From Polynucleobacter necessarius (lineage in GTDB: Bacteria; Pseudomonadota; Gammaproteobacteria; Burkholderiales; Burkholderiaceae), in the NCBI RefSeq assembly GCF_900095195.1, contig NZ_LT606950.1:1311946-1343945 (forward strand): DNA of 32,000 nt, given 5' to 3'. The notes under the pieces were generated by a model. That model ran no database searches. It had not been told where the DNA came from and saw only the letters and a list, made by a program, of their open reading frames with translations. Positions 9,851 through 21,382 of this stretch are shown in pieces; positions within the stretch are counted from its first letter, which is position 1; every line of letters begins with the position of its first letter. A program made the position numbers and the translations under genes.

Positions 9851-10567
9851 ATGATCCAAACAAAATACCTTCCATGTCTTTTGTTGGCTGCCGGTAGAGG
9901 TGGGCGCATGCGTCCACTAACAGACCATGTGCCAAAACCTCTCCTCACCATCAACCATAAATCTTTATTGGCTTGGCACTTAGAAGCGCTATCAAAGTCA
10001 GGCATCAATCACGTGGTTATTAACCACGCATGGCTTGGCTCCAAAATTGAGAGTGCGCTTGGATCTGGCGAACAATTTGGTCTAAAAATTGCCTACTCCC
10101 CCGAAGAGACTGCCCTAGAGACTGCTGGCGGAATCGCGATAGCGCTATCCATTCTGCAACCGCACGATTACTTTTTGGTCATTAATGGTGATGTGTTTAG
10201 CCCCAACTTGCCAATAGAAAAAATTTTAATTACCGCATCAACGCTTGAAAAGAGCGTCAACCAACTTCTAGCGCATTTGTTCATGGTGCCAAACCCTATT
10301 CAATATCCCGAAGGAGATTTTTATCTTCAGGACGGCCTAATCCACCCGGATGATCCCGGGGGTGCAGAAAGGCTTACTTTTTCAGGGATCGGCATCTATC
10401 ACAAGGATCTTTTTCAGGATTTAACGGTTGGATTACCCGCCAAATTAGCCCCATTACTAAGAGAGGCTATGAAGTTAAATAAAGTGTCTGGTGAAAAATA
10501 TCTGGGACCGTGGCACGATGTAGGGACGCCGCAACGCTTATTAGAGCTCAACGCAGTCTATGAATAA
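9851..10567 (+). CDS. murU: nucleotidyltransferase, probable N-acetylmuramate alpha-1-phosphate uridylyltransferase
   Basis: 238 aa with the sugar-nucleotidyltransferase N-terminal signature LLAAGRGGRMRPLTDHVPKPLL, paired with the amgK-like kinase. Confidence 0.65.
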   Translation: MIQTKYLPCLLLAAGRGGRMRPLTDHVPKPLLTINHKSLLAWHLEALSKSGINHVVINHAWLGSKIESALGSGEQFGLKIAYSPEETALETAGGIAIALSILQPHDYFLVINGDVFSPNLPIEKILITASTLEKSVNQLLAHLFMVPNPIQYPEGDFYLQDGLIHPDDPGGAERLTFSGIGIYHKDLFQDLTVGLPAKLAPLLREAMKLNKVSGEKYLGPWHDVGTPQRLLELNAVYE

Positions 10568-11936
10568 AAACGATATCTATCAACTTCGCAGAAATGCGTT
10601 AGCAAAACAAATTTCTAATAAAACGGGTGGGGGTATTGCTGTTCTTGCAACCGCTCCAGAGCTAGCACGTAATCACGATAGCGACTTTCCATATCGTCAT
10701 GACAGTGATTTTTTCTACCTCACTGGATTTGATGAGTCGGGGGCCACTTTAGTGATGAATGTTATCGCCGACGGCAACGATTATGTTTTGGAGTCGCATT
10801 TATTTTGCAGGCCTAAAGACCTTGAACGCGAAATCTGGGATGGCATTCGCTTAGGTCCAGAAGCTGCGCCTGAGGCATTAGGCGTCGAGTTCGCTCACAG
10901 CAATCACGACCTTGATCAAAAGCTCGTTGAATTATTGGCCGATCAAAATGCAGTTTATATTCGACTTGCCGAAAGCGCTGAAGCTGATCGACGCATTCGT
11001 CATTGGATGAAACAAGTTCGCGGTCAGGCTCGAAGTGGGATCAACCCTCCAACTGAATTTCAGGATATTGAAACGCTGATTCATGAAATGCGTTTATTTA
11101 AAGACGCTCATGAAATCGATATCATGCGCCGAGCAGCTGTAATCTCAGCGCGCGCCCATATACGCGCGATGCAGATTTGTAAGCCCGGTATGCGCGAATA
11201 TCAACTTGAAGCAGAATTACTACACGAGTTCCGGAATAGCGGCGCACAAAGCGTGGCATATAACAGCATTGTTGCGGGCGGTGCAAATGCTTGCATTTTG
11301 CATTATCGATCTGGTGCTACGGAGTTGCGTAGTGGTGAACTTTGTTTAATTGACGCAGGTTGCGAACTAGATGGTTATGCCTCCGACATCACCCGCACAT
11401 TCCCAGTTAATGGAAAATTTACTGGGCCACAGCGTGCGCTATATGACATAACGCAAGCCGCACAAGAAGCAGCTATTGCGGCTACCAAACCCAGCAACAC
11501 TTTTATGCAACCGCATGACGCCGCCCTCAAGGTACTAACTCAAGGATTGTTGGATGAAAAACTCCTAAAACTCACTGAAGTGGGATCCTTGGATAACGCC
11601 ATTGAGACTGGCGCTTATCGTCGTTTTTATATGCATCGCACTTCACACTGGCTTGGTATGGATGTTCATGACGTGGGCTCTTATCGCGAAACAGCTACAA
11701 CTGCATCAGCAGTGTCAGCAGAAAAACCATGGCGTATTCTCACAAGCGGCATGGTAATCACCATCGAGCCAGGTCTTTATGTTAGACCTTCAGATGACAT
11801 TGATGAAGCATTTTGGAATATTGGTATCCGCATTGAAGATGATGCGCTTATTAATGACGTGGGGTGTGAACTTCTTTCGCGCGGTGCACCCGTTAAAGCG
11901 GATGAAATCGAAGCACTCATGAGAGATAGCAAGTAA
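10560..11936 (+). CDS. pepP: Xaa-Pro aminopeptidase (M24B)
   Basis: 458 aa with an N-terminal AMP_N-like region (FPYRHDSDFFYLTGF) and pita-bread metal ligands (DAGCELDGYASDITRT, HWLGMDVHD, EPG, IRIEDD). Confidence 0.85.
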   Translation: MNKNDIYQLRRNALAKQISNKTGGGIAVLATAPELARNHDSDFPYRHDSDFFYLTGFDESGATLVMNVIADGNDYVLESHLFCRPKDLEREIWDGIRLGPEAAPEALGVEFAHSNHDLDQKLVELLADQNAVYIRLAESAEADRRIRHWMKQVRGQARSGINPPTEFQDIETLIHEMRLFKDAHEIDIMRRAAVISARAHIRAMQICKPGMREYQLEAELLHEFRNSGAQSVAYNSIVAGGANACILHYRSGATELRSGELCLIDAGCELDGYASDITRTFPVNGKFTGPQRALYDITQAAQEAAIAATKPSNTFMQPHDAALKVLTQGLLDEKLLKLTEVGSLDNAIETGAYRRFYMHRTSHWLGMDVHDVGSYRETATTASAVSAEKPWRILTSGMVITIEPGLYVRPSDDIDEAFWNIGIRIEDDALINDVGCELLSRGAPVKADEIEALMRDSK

Positions 11937-11939
11937 ATC

Positions 11940-13097
11940 ATGAGTCTTGGGAATTGCGATATCTTGATTCAAGGCGGTGGCCCTGTAGGTCTTGCGTGTG
12001 CTTCCTGGATTTTGCAGCGATTTCCGGAAGCAAAGCTGACCTTACTCGATCGAAACCCAGTTGAAGACGCCGATCTAATAAATGCAGACAGTAGAGGCAT
12101 TGCATTATCATACGGTAGCAAGCTTTTGTTAGACACAATTCATGCGTGGCCAGCAGACTGTGCTGATATTCATCGTGTACATGTATCGCAAGCTGGTCTG
12201 TTTGGGCGTGCACTGATGACCCGTGAAGAACTTCAGCAAGAAGCGCTGGGCCACATCATTCGCTATCGTGATATTCACGTTGCTTTACGACAAGCCCTGA
12301 GAGATATCCAAAGTAAGAGTCCGAATTTTAATTGGCAACACATTACCGGCAACGCTCCAGAACCTCTTCCGAATGCCAAATGCATCGTACATGCTGAAGG
12401 GGGGCTCTTCAAAAAACAAGATTGGGTCGAATCTGGCAGAGACTATGGGCAATCCGCCCTAGTGGGCCTAGTTGAAGTCGATAGAGCTGAGCCACATCAG
12501 GCTTGGGAACGTTTTACTGCTGAAGGCCCTCTAGCGGTCTTACCCAGTCACTATGGAATCAATATTCTTAATCTCGTCTGGTGCGGATCGCCTGGGTCTT
12601 CTCAACAACGCTTACAACTCAATGGGGAAGATTTTTTAAAAGCTTTGCAAACAGAATTTGGTAATCGCATTGGGCGCTTTCTAAAAATTCAGGATCGCCG
12701 TTTATATGAACTTGGCCTGAACTATCGCAAAAAAATAAACCAAGATCATGAAGTTTGGATTGGCAATGCCGCACAAACCTTACACCCCGTTGCAGGGCAA
12801 GGTTTGAATTTAGGTTTGCGTGATGCCTATTTATTGGCAGAAAAATTGGCCAATATTTTTTCTGGGGCATCCAACGAACAGACAGCGGCCAATATTCAAA
12901 ATACTCTCGAAAGCTACGCTAAAAGTCGCAAGGCAGATAGAGCAACAACGATAGGCCTTACAGACCTGATGGCTAGAGTCTTTACCTCCAATCTAGCGCC
13001 AGTGATCCTCGCACGTGGATTTGCTTTCTTGGCTCTTCAGTGGCTTCCGCCTATGAAAACAGCCCTTGCTCGCCAGATGATGTTCGGTAGGCGCTAA
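11940..13097 (+). CDS. FAD-dependent monooxygenase of the UbiH/UbiF/VisC ubiquinone-hydroxylase family
   Basis: 385 aa with an N-terminal GGGPVGLA dinucleotide-binding motif and a C-terminal GNAAQTLHPVAGQGLNLGLRD fingerprint. pepP-ubiH adjacency matches E. coli. Confidence 0.75.
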   Translation: MSLGNCDILIQGGGPVGLACASWILQRFPEAKLTLLDRNPVEDADLINADSRGIALSYGSKLLLDTIHAWPADCADIHRVHVSQAGLFGRALMTREELQQEALGHIIRYRDIHVALRQALRDIQSKSPNFNWQHITGNAPEPLPNAKCIVHAEGGLFKKQDWVESGRDYGQSALVGLVEVDRAEPHQAWERFTAEGPLAVLPSHYGINILNLVWCGSPGSSQQRLQLNGEDFLKALQTEFGNRIGRFLKIQDRRLYELGLNYRKKINQDHEVWIGNAAQTLHPVAGQGLNLGLRDAYLLAEKLANIFSGASNEQTAANIQNTLESYAKSRKADRATTIGLTDLMARVFTSNLAPVILARGFAFLALQWLPPMKTALARQMMFGRR

Positions 13098-13255
13098 GGA
13101 TCTTTAAAAGCCCTCGAAATTCAACCATTTTCAGTTTGATCCCAATTAGGCATTTTGCCTAAAAAATAGGCAGATTAAGTCTCGAATGTGCTAAAGTTTC
13201 ATGCTTTCCGCCTAATACAAAAACAAAACACCTTAAAAGCATAAATCTCCATTCC

Positions 13256-14249
13256 ATGAAAATTGGTAGCCACTCCTTTGCAAACAGGCTATTTGTAGCC
13301 CCCATGGCTGAGGTAACGGATCGACCATTTAGGCAGCTTTGCAAGAAGCTTGGCGCTAGATATGCGGTCTCTGAAATGGTGGCCTCGAATGCTTTACTGT
13401 GGAAAAGCGAAAAGACTCAACGTCGCGCAAATCATATCGGCGAATTCAAACCGATTGCCGTCCAAATTGCAGGTGCGGACCCAAAAATGATGGGCGCTGC
13501 AGCAAAAATCAACGTTGATCATGGTGCGCAAATCATTGTATCAATATGGGTTCCCAGCCAAAAAAGTTTGTAACGTGGCTGCGGGTTCTGCATTACTTCG
13601 TGACGAGCCCCTTGTTCAACAAATTTTGGAAGCGGTTGTAAATGCTGTCGGTGTTGGACCAGATGCTGTGCCCGTCACTTTAAAAATTCGTACTGGCTGG
13701 GATCGCGAACATAAAAACGCCATTGAGATTGCCCAACTCGCAGAAAACTCAGACATCTCTATGCTGACTGTTCATGACCGAACTCGAGCTGATCTTTATC
13801 ATGGTGAGGCAGAATATGAAACGATTACCGCGGTAAAGAGTAGTGTCAACATTCCAGTGGTTGCTAATGGCGACATTAATAGCCCAGAAAAAGCACAGTT
13901 TGTTTTAGACACTACTGGAGCGTATGCCATCATGATTAGTCGCGCAGCCCAAGGCCGGCAGTACTACTTAGAGACCGGCAAAAAGCTCCCGATTCTGCAA
14001 ATTCATGAAATTCAAACCATCATGAATGAACACCTTTTAGACCACTATGCTTTTTACGGCGAGTACATTGGCCTGCGCACAGCGCGTAAACACATTGGCT
14101 GGTACTGCAATGGGTTACGTAATTCGCATATATTTCGCCAACAGATGAATACAGCAGATGATTGCAAAACGCAGTTGCAAATGGCGAATGACTACTTTGA
14201 TGAAATGAAGTCGCATTCTGACCGACTCGTATTTTTAGAAGCGGCATAA
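13256..14249 (+). pseudogene. dusB: tRNA-dihydrouridine synthase B, frameshifted
   Basis: Two ORF-track pieces (13256..13573 and 13515..14249) together cover a full DusB. Where GAQII-DINMGCP-AKKV is expected, nt 13538-13559 read g-tatcaatatgggtt-cccagcc. That is two separate 1-nt losses, taking the frame 2 to 1 to 0. Conserved residues are also altered (APMAEV, HDRTR, MISRAAQG), and about 7 codons appear to be missing after AAQGR. Confidence 0.85.
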
Positions 14250-14313
14250 CTAATAACCATTCACCGCCATTATTTATTTTTTAATTATTCGCATTTAGGA
14301 TTTACCAATCTTT

Positions 14314-14553
14314 ATGAACAATAAGCACCCCATCACCGAATGCATTGAAACACAACTCCAACATTACCTTGATGATCTCAAGGGCACTCCCCCGAGTGAT
14401 GTCTACCAAATGGTTTTGTCGGTAGTAGAAAAGCCCATGCTGGAACTGGTAATGCGACATGCCAAACATAATCAATCATTGGCGGCTCAATTTTTAGGCA
14501 TCAATCGAAATACCTTACATAAAAAACCGGTCGAACACCAACTACTCAAGTAG
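14314..14553 (+). CDS. fis: DNA-binding protein Fis
   Basis: 79 aa, Fis-like (VEKPMLELVM…NQSLAAQFLGINRNTLHKK), downstream of dusB as in the conserved dusB-fis operon. The ORF is uninterrupted. Confidence 0.85.
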   Translation: MNNKHPITECIETQLQHYLDDLKGTPPSDVYQMVLSVVEKPMLELVMRHAKHNQSLAAQFLGINRNTLHKKPVEHQLLK

Positions 14554-14619
14554 ACGCAAAGTTAACGTAACCATATTCTTTTATTGGTCATTTATTCATT
14601 TAACCTTTCGAAATTTTTT

Positions 14620-16200
14620 ATGATCCGTACAGCACTTCTCTCCGTCTCAGATAAAAATGGCATCGTACCGTTTGCCAAAGCTCTACATACACAGGGCATC
14701 AAACTGATTTCTACTGGTGGCACAGCAAAACTATTGGCCGAGAACAATTTGCCAGTAGTAGAGGTTTCCTCTTTAACAAAATTTCCTGAGATGCTAGATG
14801 GTCGCGTCAAAACACTCCATCCAATGGTTCATGGTGGCTTGTTGGCCCGTCGAAACTTCCCCGATCATATGGCGGCCCTTAAAGAACATGGCATCGACAC
14901 CATCGATATGCTCGTCATCAATCTTTACCCATTCAACGAGACTGTCGCCAAAGAAAAATGTTCATTCGAAGATGCTGTTGAAAATATTGATATTGGTGGC
15001 CCAGCTATGTTGCGTGCAGCAGCGAAAAACCATCAAGATGTCACTGTCCTCATTTCGCCAGAAGATTTCGCTCCCGTTTTGATAGAAATGAAAGCTAATA
15101 ACAACACGGTTTCTTATAAAACGAGTCTTGCTTTAGCTAAAAAAGTTTTCGCCTATACGGCTCAATACGATGGCGCGATTGCCAACTATCTCTCATCACT
15201 GGGTGATGATCTTGACCATCAAGCGCGCTCAATCTACCCACAAACGCTGCATTTTGCTTTTGAAAAAGTACAAGAAATGCGTTATGGAGAGAATCCGCAT
15301 CAATCAGCGGCATTCTATAAGGACATCTACCCTATAGATGGTGCACTTGCTAATTACAAGCAACTACAGGGAAAAGAACTCTCTTACAACAATATTGCCG
15401 ATGCTGACTCAGCATGGGAATGTGTGAAAAGCTTTACTGGCGATACTGGTGGCGCCGCTGCTTGCGTCATCATCAAGCACGCCAATCCATGTGGTGTCGC
15501 TGTCGGCGCTACTGCACTCGAGGCTTACCAAAAAGCATTTAAGACTGATCCTAGCTCTGCCTTTGGCGGCATTATTGCCCTCAATATTTCATGCGATGGC
15601 GCTGCTGCTCAAGAAATCTCTAAACAGTTCGTTGAGATATTAATTGCTCCAAGCTTTAGCGAAGAGGCAAAAGCCATTTTTGCTGCCAAACAAAATGTTC
15701 GCCTCTTAGAAATTCCGCTAGGTAATGCCTTTAATACTTTTGACTTTAAACGCGTTGGTGGCGGTTTGCTAGTTCAATCACCTGATGCAAAAAATGTTTT
15801 ACAAAGTGAAATGCGCGTAGTAAGTCAGCGTCAACCGACCCCCAGTGAAATGAATGACATGATGTTTGCTTGGCGTGTTGCTAAATTTGTTAAATCCAAT
15901 GCCATTGTTTATTGCGCTAACGGCATGACACTTGGCATTGGTGCAGGCCAAATGAGCCGCGTTGACTCTGCCCACATGGCAAGCATCAAAGCGGAAAACG
16001 CTGGGTTAAGTCTTCAGGGTTCGGCCGTAGCGAGCGATGCATTCTTTCCGTTCCGCGATGGCTTAGATGTCGTGGTTAATGGTGGCGCAAGTTGCGCTAT
16101 TCAGCCTGGCGGAAGTATGCGGGACGATGAAATTATTGCAGCAGCCAATGAACATGGTATTGCCATGATCTTTACTGGCACCCGCCACTTCCGTCATTAA
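14620..16200 (+). CDS. purH: bifunctional AICAR transformylase / IMP cyclohydrolase
   Basis: The ORF track starts at 14584, but the conserved N-terminus [14 protein letters not shown] begins at ATG 14620. It has the MGS-like and AICARFT domains and ends in the canonical …TGTRHFRH. Confidence 0.9.
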   Translation: MIRTALLSVSDKNGIVPFAKALHTQGIKLISTGGTAKLLAENNLPVVEVSSLTKFPEMLDGRVKTLHPMVHGGLLARRNFPDHMAALKEHGIDTIDMLVINLYPFNETVAKEKCSFEDAVENIDIGGPAMLRAAAKNHQDVTVLISPEDFAPVLIEMKANNNTVSYKTSLALAKKVFAYTAQYDGAIANYLSSLGDDLDHQARSIYPQTLHFAFEKVQEMRYGENPHQSAAFYKDIYPIDGALANYKQLQGKELSYNNIADADSAWECVKSFTGDTGGAAACVIIKHANPCGVAVGATALEAYQKAFKTDPSSAFGGIIALNISCDGAAAQEISKQFVEILIAPSFSEEAKAIFAAKQNVRLLEIPLGNAFNTFDFKRVGGGLLVQSPDAKNVLQSEMRVVSQRQPTPSEMNDMMFAWRVAKFVKSNAIVYCANGMTLGIGAGQMSRVDSAHMASIKAENAGLSLQGSAVASDAFFPFRDGLDVVVNGGASCAIQPGGSMRDDEIIAAANEHGIAMIFTGTRHFRH

Positions 16201-16231
16201 ACAATTCATTAAAAGACGACCCCCATAACTC

Positions 16232-16750
16232 ATGCGCTGGATTGGAATTGACCCTGGCTTACGGACAACGGGTTTTGGCATCATCGATGTTGATGGCCAA
16301 AAACTGACTTACGTAGCTTCTGGAACCATTGAGAGCGGTGATCCTGCCAATGGCTTGCCAGAGCGCTTAGGTACTCTCTATGCGGGGGTTAAAGAAGTTT
16401 TGGAAACCTACCATCCTACCTCGGCTGCAATCGAAGAGGTTTTTCTGAACGTCAATCCAAGATCTACGCTGATGCTAGGGCAAGCAAGGGGCGCTGTCAT
16501 CGCCGCACTTGTTTCAGAAAGACTACCAGTTGCCGAATACAGCGCTCTACGCGTGAAGCAAGCCATCGTAGGCACTGGTAGAGCCGCTAAACCGCAAGTA
16601 CAAGAAATGGTGAAACGCTTATTACGCCTAAGTCGCGCTCCAGGGGCTGACGCCTCTGATGCTCTCGGCGTTGCGATCTGCGCGGCACACCACGCTCAAA
16701 TTCCAAAATCAATAAGCTCTGCACTGGCCACCAAGAAACCTCGGAAGTAA
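16232..16750 (+). CDS. ruvC: crossover junction endodeoxyribonuclease RuvC
   Basis: 172 aa with [15 protein letters not shown] at the N-terminus and the catalytic acidic residues in EEVF and DASDALGVA. Confidence 0.9.
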   Translation: MRWIGIDPGLRTTGFGIIDVDGQKLTYVASGTIESGDPANGLPERLGTLYAGVKEVLETYHPTSAAIEEVFLNVNPRSTLMLGQARGAVIAALVSERLPVAEYSALRVKQAIVGTGRAAKPQVQEMVKRLLRLSRAPGADASDALGVAICAAHHAQIPKSISSALATKKPRK

Positions 16751-16779
16751 AAAACGGCGTGACAGGTTAAGATCACTAC

Positions 16780-17361
16780 ATGATAGGTCGCATTCAAGGA
16801 ATTCTCATCTCCGTTCATCCGCCACGCCTCTTGGTCGATTGCCAAGGTATTGGCTATGAAGTGGACGTGCCAATGAGCACCTTGTATCAACTGCCTCAAG
16901 CAGGGCAAAAAATCACCTTGCTGACGCACTTTCAAGTCCGAGAAGATGCTCAACAGCTCTTTGGATTTGCCACCGAGACTGAACGTGAAGCATTCAAGCA
17001 ACTCATCAAAATTAGTGGCGTTGGCTCTAGAACAGCTTTAGCGGTGCTCTCAGGAATGGGCGTCAATGAACTGGCTCAAGCTATTACCCTTCAAGAGGCA
17101 GGTCGCCTTACCCAAGTACCTGGTATTGGTAAAAAAACGGCTGAACGACTTTGCTTGGAGCTTAAGGGCAAGCTTGCCCCCGATCTTGGAATGGCTCCAG
17201 GAAACGCCCATGCGCCCGATACCAATAGCGAAGTTTTGCAAGCACTCTTGTCTCTTGGTTATTCCGAGAAAGAAGCGCTCTTGGCATTGAAGCAAATTCC
17301 GCCTGACACCCCGGTATCCGATGGTATCCGCTTGGGATTAAAGTATTTATCCAAGGTTTAA
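16780..17361 (+). CDS. ruvA: Holliday junction DNA helicase subunit RuvA
   Basis: 193 aa with MIGRIQG… and helix-hairpin-helix motifs ([25 protein letters not shown]). It lies between ruvC and ruvB. Confidence 0.9.
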   Translation: MIGRIQGILISVHPPRLLVDCQGIGYEVDVPMSTLYQLPQAGQKITLLTHFQVREDAQQLFGFATETEREAFKQLIKISGVGSRTALAVLSGMGVNELAQAITLQEAGRLTQVPGIGKKTAERLCLELKGKLAPDLGMAPGNAHAPDTNSEVLQALLSLGYSEKEALLALKQIPPDTPVSDGIRLGLKYLSKV

Positions 17362-17387
17362 CTCGCCAAACCGAATAAACTAACAGT

Positions 17388-18464
17388 ATGGCAATTCACA
17401 CAGATGATCTAAGCTCCATTCCCGAGGATTTACCAGAGGGAAAGGATCGTATTGTCAGTGGCGCCGCAGGAAATGTAGAGGCTATTTTTGAAAAGGCCCT
17501 GCGCCCAAAACAGTTAGATGAATACGTTGGCCAAAGCAAAGCTCGAGCCCAATTAGAAATCTTTATCAGCGCCACTAGAGCTCGACAAGAGGCGCTTGAT
17601 CATGTGCTGTTATTTGGCCCTCCTGGGCTCGGCAAGACTACACTGGCTCACATTATTGCGAGAGAGTTGGGCGTCAATTTGCGCCAAACCAGCGGTCCTG
17701 TATTAGATAGACCTGGAGACTTGGCGGCATTACTCACGAACCTAGAGGCAAACGATGTTCTCTTTATTGATGAGATTCATCGGCTATCACCAGTCGTAGA
17801 AGAAATTCTGTACCCCGCCCTAGAGGATTACTGCTTGGATATCATGATTGGTGAAGGCCCTGCAGCCCGTAGTGTCAAGATTGATCTCAAACCCTTCACC
17901 TTAATTGGCGCTACTACGCGCGCTGGCATGCTGACCAACCCTTTGCGCGATCGTTTTGGAATTGTGGCTAGGCTGGAGTTTTATACCACTGAAGAGCTCA
18001 CCAAAATCATCAACCGATCCGCAGGCTTACTCAAAGCGAATATTGATCCCGAGGGATCTACCGAGATCGCCAAGCGTGCGCGCGGAACACCTCGTATTGC
18101 GAATCGATTATTACGTCGTGTTCGAGACTACGCTGAAGTAAAGAGTACTGGAACAATCACCAAAGCGATGGCGGATGCCGCCCTAAAGATGCTAGATGTA
18201 GATCCGAGTGGCTTTGATGTGATGGACAGAAAACTGCTGGAAGCCATCCTACACAAGTTTGATGGTGGCCCAGTGGGTATTGATAACCTGACTGCTGCGA
18301 TTGGTGAAGAACGCGATACCATTGAGGATGTCTTAGAGCCTTACCTAATTCAACAAGGCTATCTACAGAGAACCTCCAGGGGAAGAGTCGCTACACGCCA
18401 AGCCTATGAGCACTTTGGCCTTACTCCGCCAAGCAGCTCAGGTAGCTTAGGCTTAGATATTTAA
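17388..18464 (+). CDS. ruvB: Holliday junction DNA helicase RuvB
   Basis: 358 aa with AAA+ Walker [10 protein letters not shown], Walker [10 protein letters not shown] and a RuvB C-terminal winged-helix region. Confidence 0.95.
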   Translation: MAIHTDDLSSIPEDLPEGKDRIVSGAAGNVEAIFEKALRPKQLDEYVGQSKARAQLEIFISATRARQEALDHVLLFGPPGLGKTTLAHIIARELGVNLRQTSGPVLDRPGDLAALLTNLEANDVLFIDEIHRLSPVVEEILYPALEDYCLDIMIGEGPAARSVKIDLKPFTLIGATTRAGMLTNPLRDRFGIVARLEFYTTEELTKIINRSAGLLKANIDPEGSTEIAKRARGTPRIANRLLRRVRDYAEVKSTGTITKAMADAALKMLDVDPSGFDVMDRKLLEAILHKFDGGPVGIDNLTAAIGEERDTIEDVLEPYLIQQGYLQRTSRGRVATRQAYEHFGLTPPSSSGSLGLDI

Positions 18465-18477
18465 GCTAAAAAATGAA

Positions 18478-19710
18478 TTAGCTAAGCGTGACCTTAGCAA
18501 ACTTCCGTTTACCAACTTGCACAACATAGGTTCCAGATTCGATCTTCGCTTGCTTATCGGAAATAGTGACGCCGTCGACCTTCACGCCATTTTGCTCAAT
18601 ATTACGTACCGCCTCAGATGTAGATGGCGCTAAGCCAGCAGACTTCAAAAGCGTTGCAATGCCTATAGGCGCCCCAGATAAATTCACCCCTGGAATATCA
18701 TCTGGAACACCACCTTTAGCACGGTGATTAAAGTCTTTTAAAGCCTTCTCTGCCGCTGCTTGAGAATGAAAACGTGCGACGATCTCTTGCGCAAGAAGTA
18801 CTTTGCAGTCTTTTGGATTACGTCTTGCAGCAACTTCTTGCTTCATGAGATCAATTTCAGACAATGGTCTAAAAGACAGCAGCATGAAGTAATCCCACAT
18901 TAAATCATCCGAGATACTGAGCAACTTGCCAAACATCTCTCCGGCGGGCTCGCTGATGCCAATGTAGTTTCCTTTGGACTTACTCATTTTCTCAACGCCA
19001 TCAAGACCTACCAGCAAGGGCATAGTCAAAATACATTGGGGCTCTTGACCGTATTCACGCTGTAGCTCGCGACTCACTAGAAGGTTAAACTTTTGATCAG
19101 TGCCGCCAAGCTCTAAATCGCTCTTCAGAGCAACCGAGTCATAACCTTGCATCAGCGGATACAAAAACTCATGAATTGAGATCGGCACACCATTGCGATA
19201 GCGCTTAGTAAAATCATCACGCTCCAACATGCGCGCGACGGTGTGTTTAGCGGCCAACTGAATTATGCCCCTTGCACCCAAAGGATCACACCACTCGCTG
19301 TTGTAACGCACTTCAGTTTTTGCGGGATCGAGAACCATACTCGCTTGACGATAGTAAGTTTCCGCATTCATGGCAATTTCTTCTGCGGTTAATGGGGGAC
19401 GAGTAGCATTGCGACCAGATGGGTCACCAATCATGCTCGTAAAGTCACCAATCAAGAAAATTACGGTATGGCCCAAATCTTGTAATTGACGTAACTTATT
19501 TAAGACAACGGTATGACCCAAATGAATATCCGGCGCAGTAGGGTCTAAACCTAACTTAATCCGCAATGGAGTCTTCGTTGCTTGGCTACGAGCCAGTTTT
19601 TGGACCCAGTCTGCCTCAACCAATAACTCATCGCAGCCACGCTTAGTTACTTCAAGCGCTGCAAAAACTTCGGGCGTTAAGGGATATTTTTGTTCTACTT
19701 GAGCCGTCAT
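18478..19710 (-). CDS. tyrS: tyrosyl-tRNA synthetase (type 2, KMSKS-containing)
   Basis: Class I motifs HLGH and KMSKS plus a C-terminal S4-like domain. The ORF track extends to 19920, but homology begins at [14 protein letters not shown] (ATG 19710..19708), giving 410 aa. Confidence 0.9.
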   Translation of the reverse strand: MTAQVEQKYPLTPEVFAALEVTKRGCDELLVEADWVQKLARSQATKTPLRIKLGLDPTAPDIHLGHTVVLNKLRQLQDLGHTVIFLIGDFTSMIGDPSGRNATRPPLTAEEIAMNAETYYRQASMVLDPAKTEVRYNSEWCDPLGARGIIQLAAKHTVARMLERDDFTKRYRNGVPISIHEFLYPLMQGYDSVALKSDLELGGTDQKFNLLVSRELQREYGQEPQCILTMPLLVGLDGVEKMSKSKGNYIGISEPAGEMFGKLLSISDDLMWDYFMLLSFRPLSEIDLMKQEVAARRNPKDCKVLLAQEIVARFHSQAAAEKALKDFNHRAKGGVPDDIPGVNLSGAPIGIATLLKSAGLAPSTSEAVRNIEQNGVKVDGVTISDKQAKIESGTYVVQVGKRKFAKVTLS

Positions 19711-19798
19711 GCTGATTTGGTTAATGGTTTCAGTTAAATTAGTATCTATATTGCTAAAGCATAATTGTCGCATCACCGAGAGTGCAACCCAAAAGCCA

Positions 19799-20926
19799 AT
19801 GACCAAACCGGATTCCCTATACATCGGACTAATGTCAGGAACCAGTCTAGATGGGATAGATGCTGTTCTAGCAAAAATTGGGTCTGAGGGCGAAGCCAGT
19901 GCAATAACAGCGCATAGCACCCCCTTTGCACCCGAGCTGCGTAAAGCCCTTTTTGAGCTACAGAGCCCTAGAGAAAACGAGCTACATCGCGAGAAACAAG
20001 CTGGTAATGCTTTAGCTCTTGCCTATGCGGCTGCTGTTAAAGAGCTACTCAATAAGGCAGGGATACAATCTGCAGAAATTACCGCCATAGGCGCCCATGG
20101 CCAGACCATTCGCCATCAACCCGATTTTGGTGAGCTAGCCTATACGCATCAGACCCTCAATCCAGCGCTGTTGGCAGAAAAAACAGGTATTGATGTCATC
20201 GCCGATTTCCGAAGTCGCGATCTCGCAGCGGGTGGTCATGGCGCACCCCTCGTGCCAGCATTTCATGCGCAACAATTTCGGTCATCTGAAAATCTTGCCA
20301 TTCTCAATCTTGGCGGAATTGCCAACCTAACACTTCTTCCAAAAAACGGTGAGGTCACTGGTTTTGATTATGGGCCAGGAAATATGCTGATGGATGCTTG
20401 GATATTTGAGCATCAAGGGAATGCTTTCGATAAAAATGGAAATTGGGCAAACCAGGGAAATGTCATTCCAGCACTTCTTGAAAAACTATTGGCAGATCCT
20501 TTTTTCTCAAAATCACCGCCTAAAAGCACTGGCCGAGATGATTTTCATCTTGGCTGGCTACAAGAAAGACTAGGCAAAGAAAATTACCCATTAGAAGATG
20601 TACAAGCCACACTACTGGATTTAACTGCACAATCGGCAATAGAAGCTCTAACTCGACACGCCCCGCAAACCCAGAAGTTGATTGTGTGCGGCGGCGGCGC
20701 CCGCAATACCGCCTTAATGTCTTCACTAAAATTGAAGGGTGAGGAATTATTCAAACACCCTTTAGAAATAATCACTAGCGATGCTGCAGGAATCGATCCA
20801 CAACTCGTAGAAGGCTTAGCCTTTGCTTGGCTCGCTTGGGCGTATCAACAAAAACGGCCGGCAAATTTGCCGGCCGTTACAGGAGCAAAGGGACCTAGAA
20901 TCCTAGGTGCTTGCTATCCCGCTTAA
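19799..20926 (+). CDS. anmK: anhydro-N-acetylmuramic acid kinase
   Basis: The conserved N-terminus [17 protein letters not shown] starts just after ATG 19799 (the ORF-track start 19709 is an upstream extension). 375 aa with a …CGGGARN motif. Confidence 0.85.
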   Translation: MTKPDSLYIGLMSGTSLDGIDAVLAKIGSEGEASAITAHSTPFAPELRKALFELQSPRENELHREKQAGNALALAYAAAVKELLNKAGIQSAEITAIGAHGQTIRHQPDFGELAYTHQTLNPALLAEKTGIDVIADFRSRDLAAGGHGAPLVPAFHAQQFRSSENLAILNLGGIANLTLLPKNGEVTGFDYGPGNMLMDAWIFEHQGNAFDKNGNWANQGNVIPALLEKLLADPFFSKSPPKSTGRDDFHLGWLQERLGKENYPLEDVQATLLDLTAQSAIEALTRHAPQTQKLIVCGGGARNTALMSSLKLKGEELFKHPLEIITSDAAGIDPQLVEGLAFAWLAWAYQQKRPANLPAVTGAKGPRILGACYPA

Positions 20927-20942
20927 TTTGCTTTAACCGCTC

Positions 20943-21293
20943 TTAAGCGGAAAAAGAGGAACCACAACCACAAGTAGTGGTTGCATTTGGGTTCTTAATT
21001 ACAAACTGAGATCCGTTGATGTCTTCTTTGTAATCAATCTCAGCACCAACCAAATATTGGAAGCTCATTGAGTCAACGAGTAGAGTGACGCCGTTCTTTC
21101 CAAACTGAGTGTCATCTTCGTTTACTGCTTCATCAAATGTGAAGCCATACTGAAATCCAGAGCAACCACCACCTTGGACAAAGACACGCAACTTCAACTC
21201 TGGATTGCCTTCTTTTGCAATCAAGTCAGCCACTTTTGCTGCGGCGGCATCTGTAAACACCAATGGGGTTGGTGATTCAGCCAATTCAGTCAT
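20943..21293 (-). CDS. erpA: iron-sulfur cluster insertion protein ErpA (A-type carrier)
   Basis: 116 aa with the GGCSGFQY and C-terminal CGCGSSF cysteine ligands. Confidence 0.85.
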   Translation of the reverse strand: MTELAESPTPLVFTDAAAAKVADLIAKEGNPELKLRVFVQGGGCSGFQYGFTFDEAVNEDDTQFGKNGVTLLVDSMSFQYLVGAEIDYKEDINGSQFVIKNPNATTTCGCGSSFSA

Positions 21294-21382
21294 GATTTAC
21301 TCCCAATTCAAAGCCAATGTCTTATTTTAGGCTTTTAATGCCTAAATTGCTGAAGGGGTGTAGATTCATACCCACACAAGCA

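Noticed and set aside
13148-13166. Hairpin AGGCA-UUU-UGCCU followed by A6 between ubiH-family gene and dusB, considered as a terminator
   Set aside because: The stem is only 5 bp, and the homopolymer is A on the plus strand. On the minus strand the U tract would precede the hairpin, so it does not fit an intrinsic terminator in either direction.
14503-14553. Possible degenerate Fis C-terminus (…NTLHKKPVEHQLLK with a proline in the final helix region)
   Set aside because: The ORF is intact and of normal length. Without an orthologue alignment I cannot tell lineage-specific variation from damage, so I do not call it a defect.
14584-14619. Upstream 12-codon extension of purH ([12 protein letters not shown])
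   Set aside because: It begins with a non-ATG start in AT-rich spacer. The conserved PurH N-terminus begins at ATG 14620.
19709-19920. Long mutually antisense ORF extensions at the tyrS/anmK divergent junction (tyrS ORF to 19920, anmK ORF from 19709)
   Set aside because: Family homology starts at ATG 19710 (tyr[11 protein letters not shown]) and ATG 19799 (anm[20 protein letters not shown]). The extensions are low-complexity read-through of the 88-bp divergent promoter region and of each other's coding sequence.
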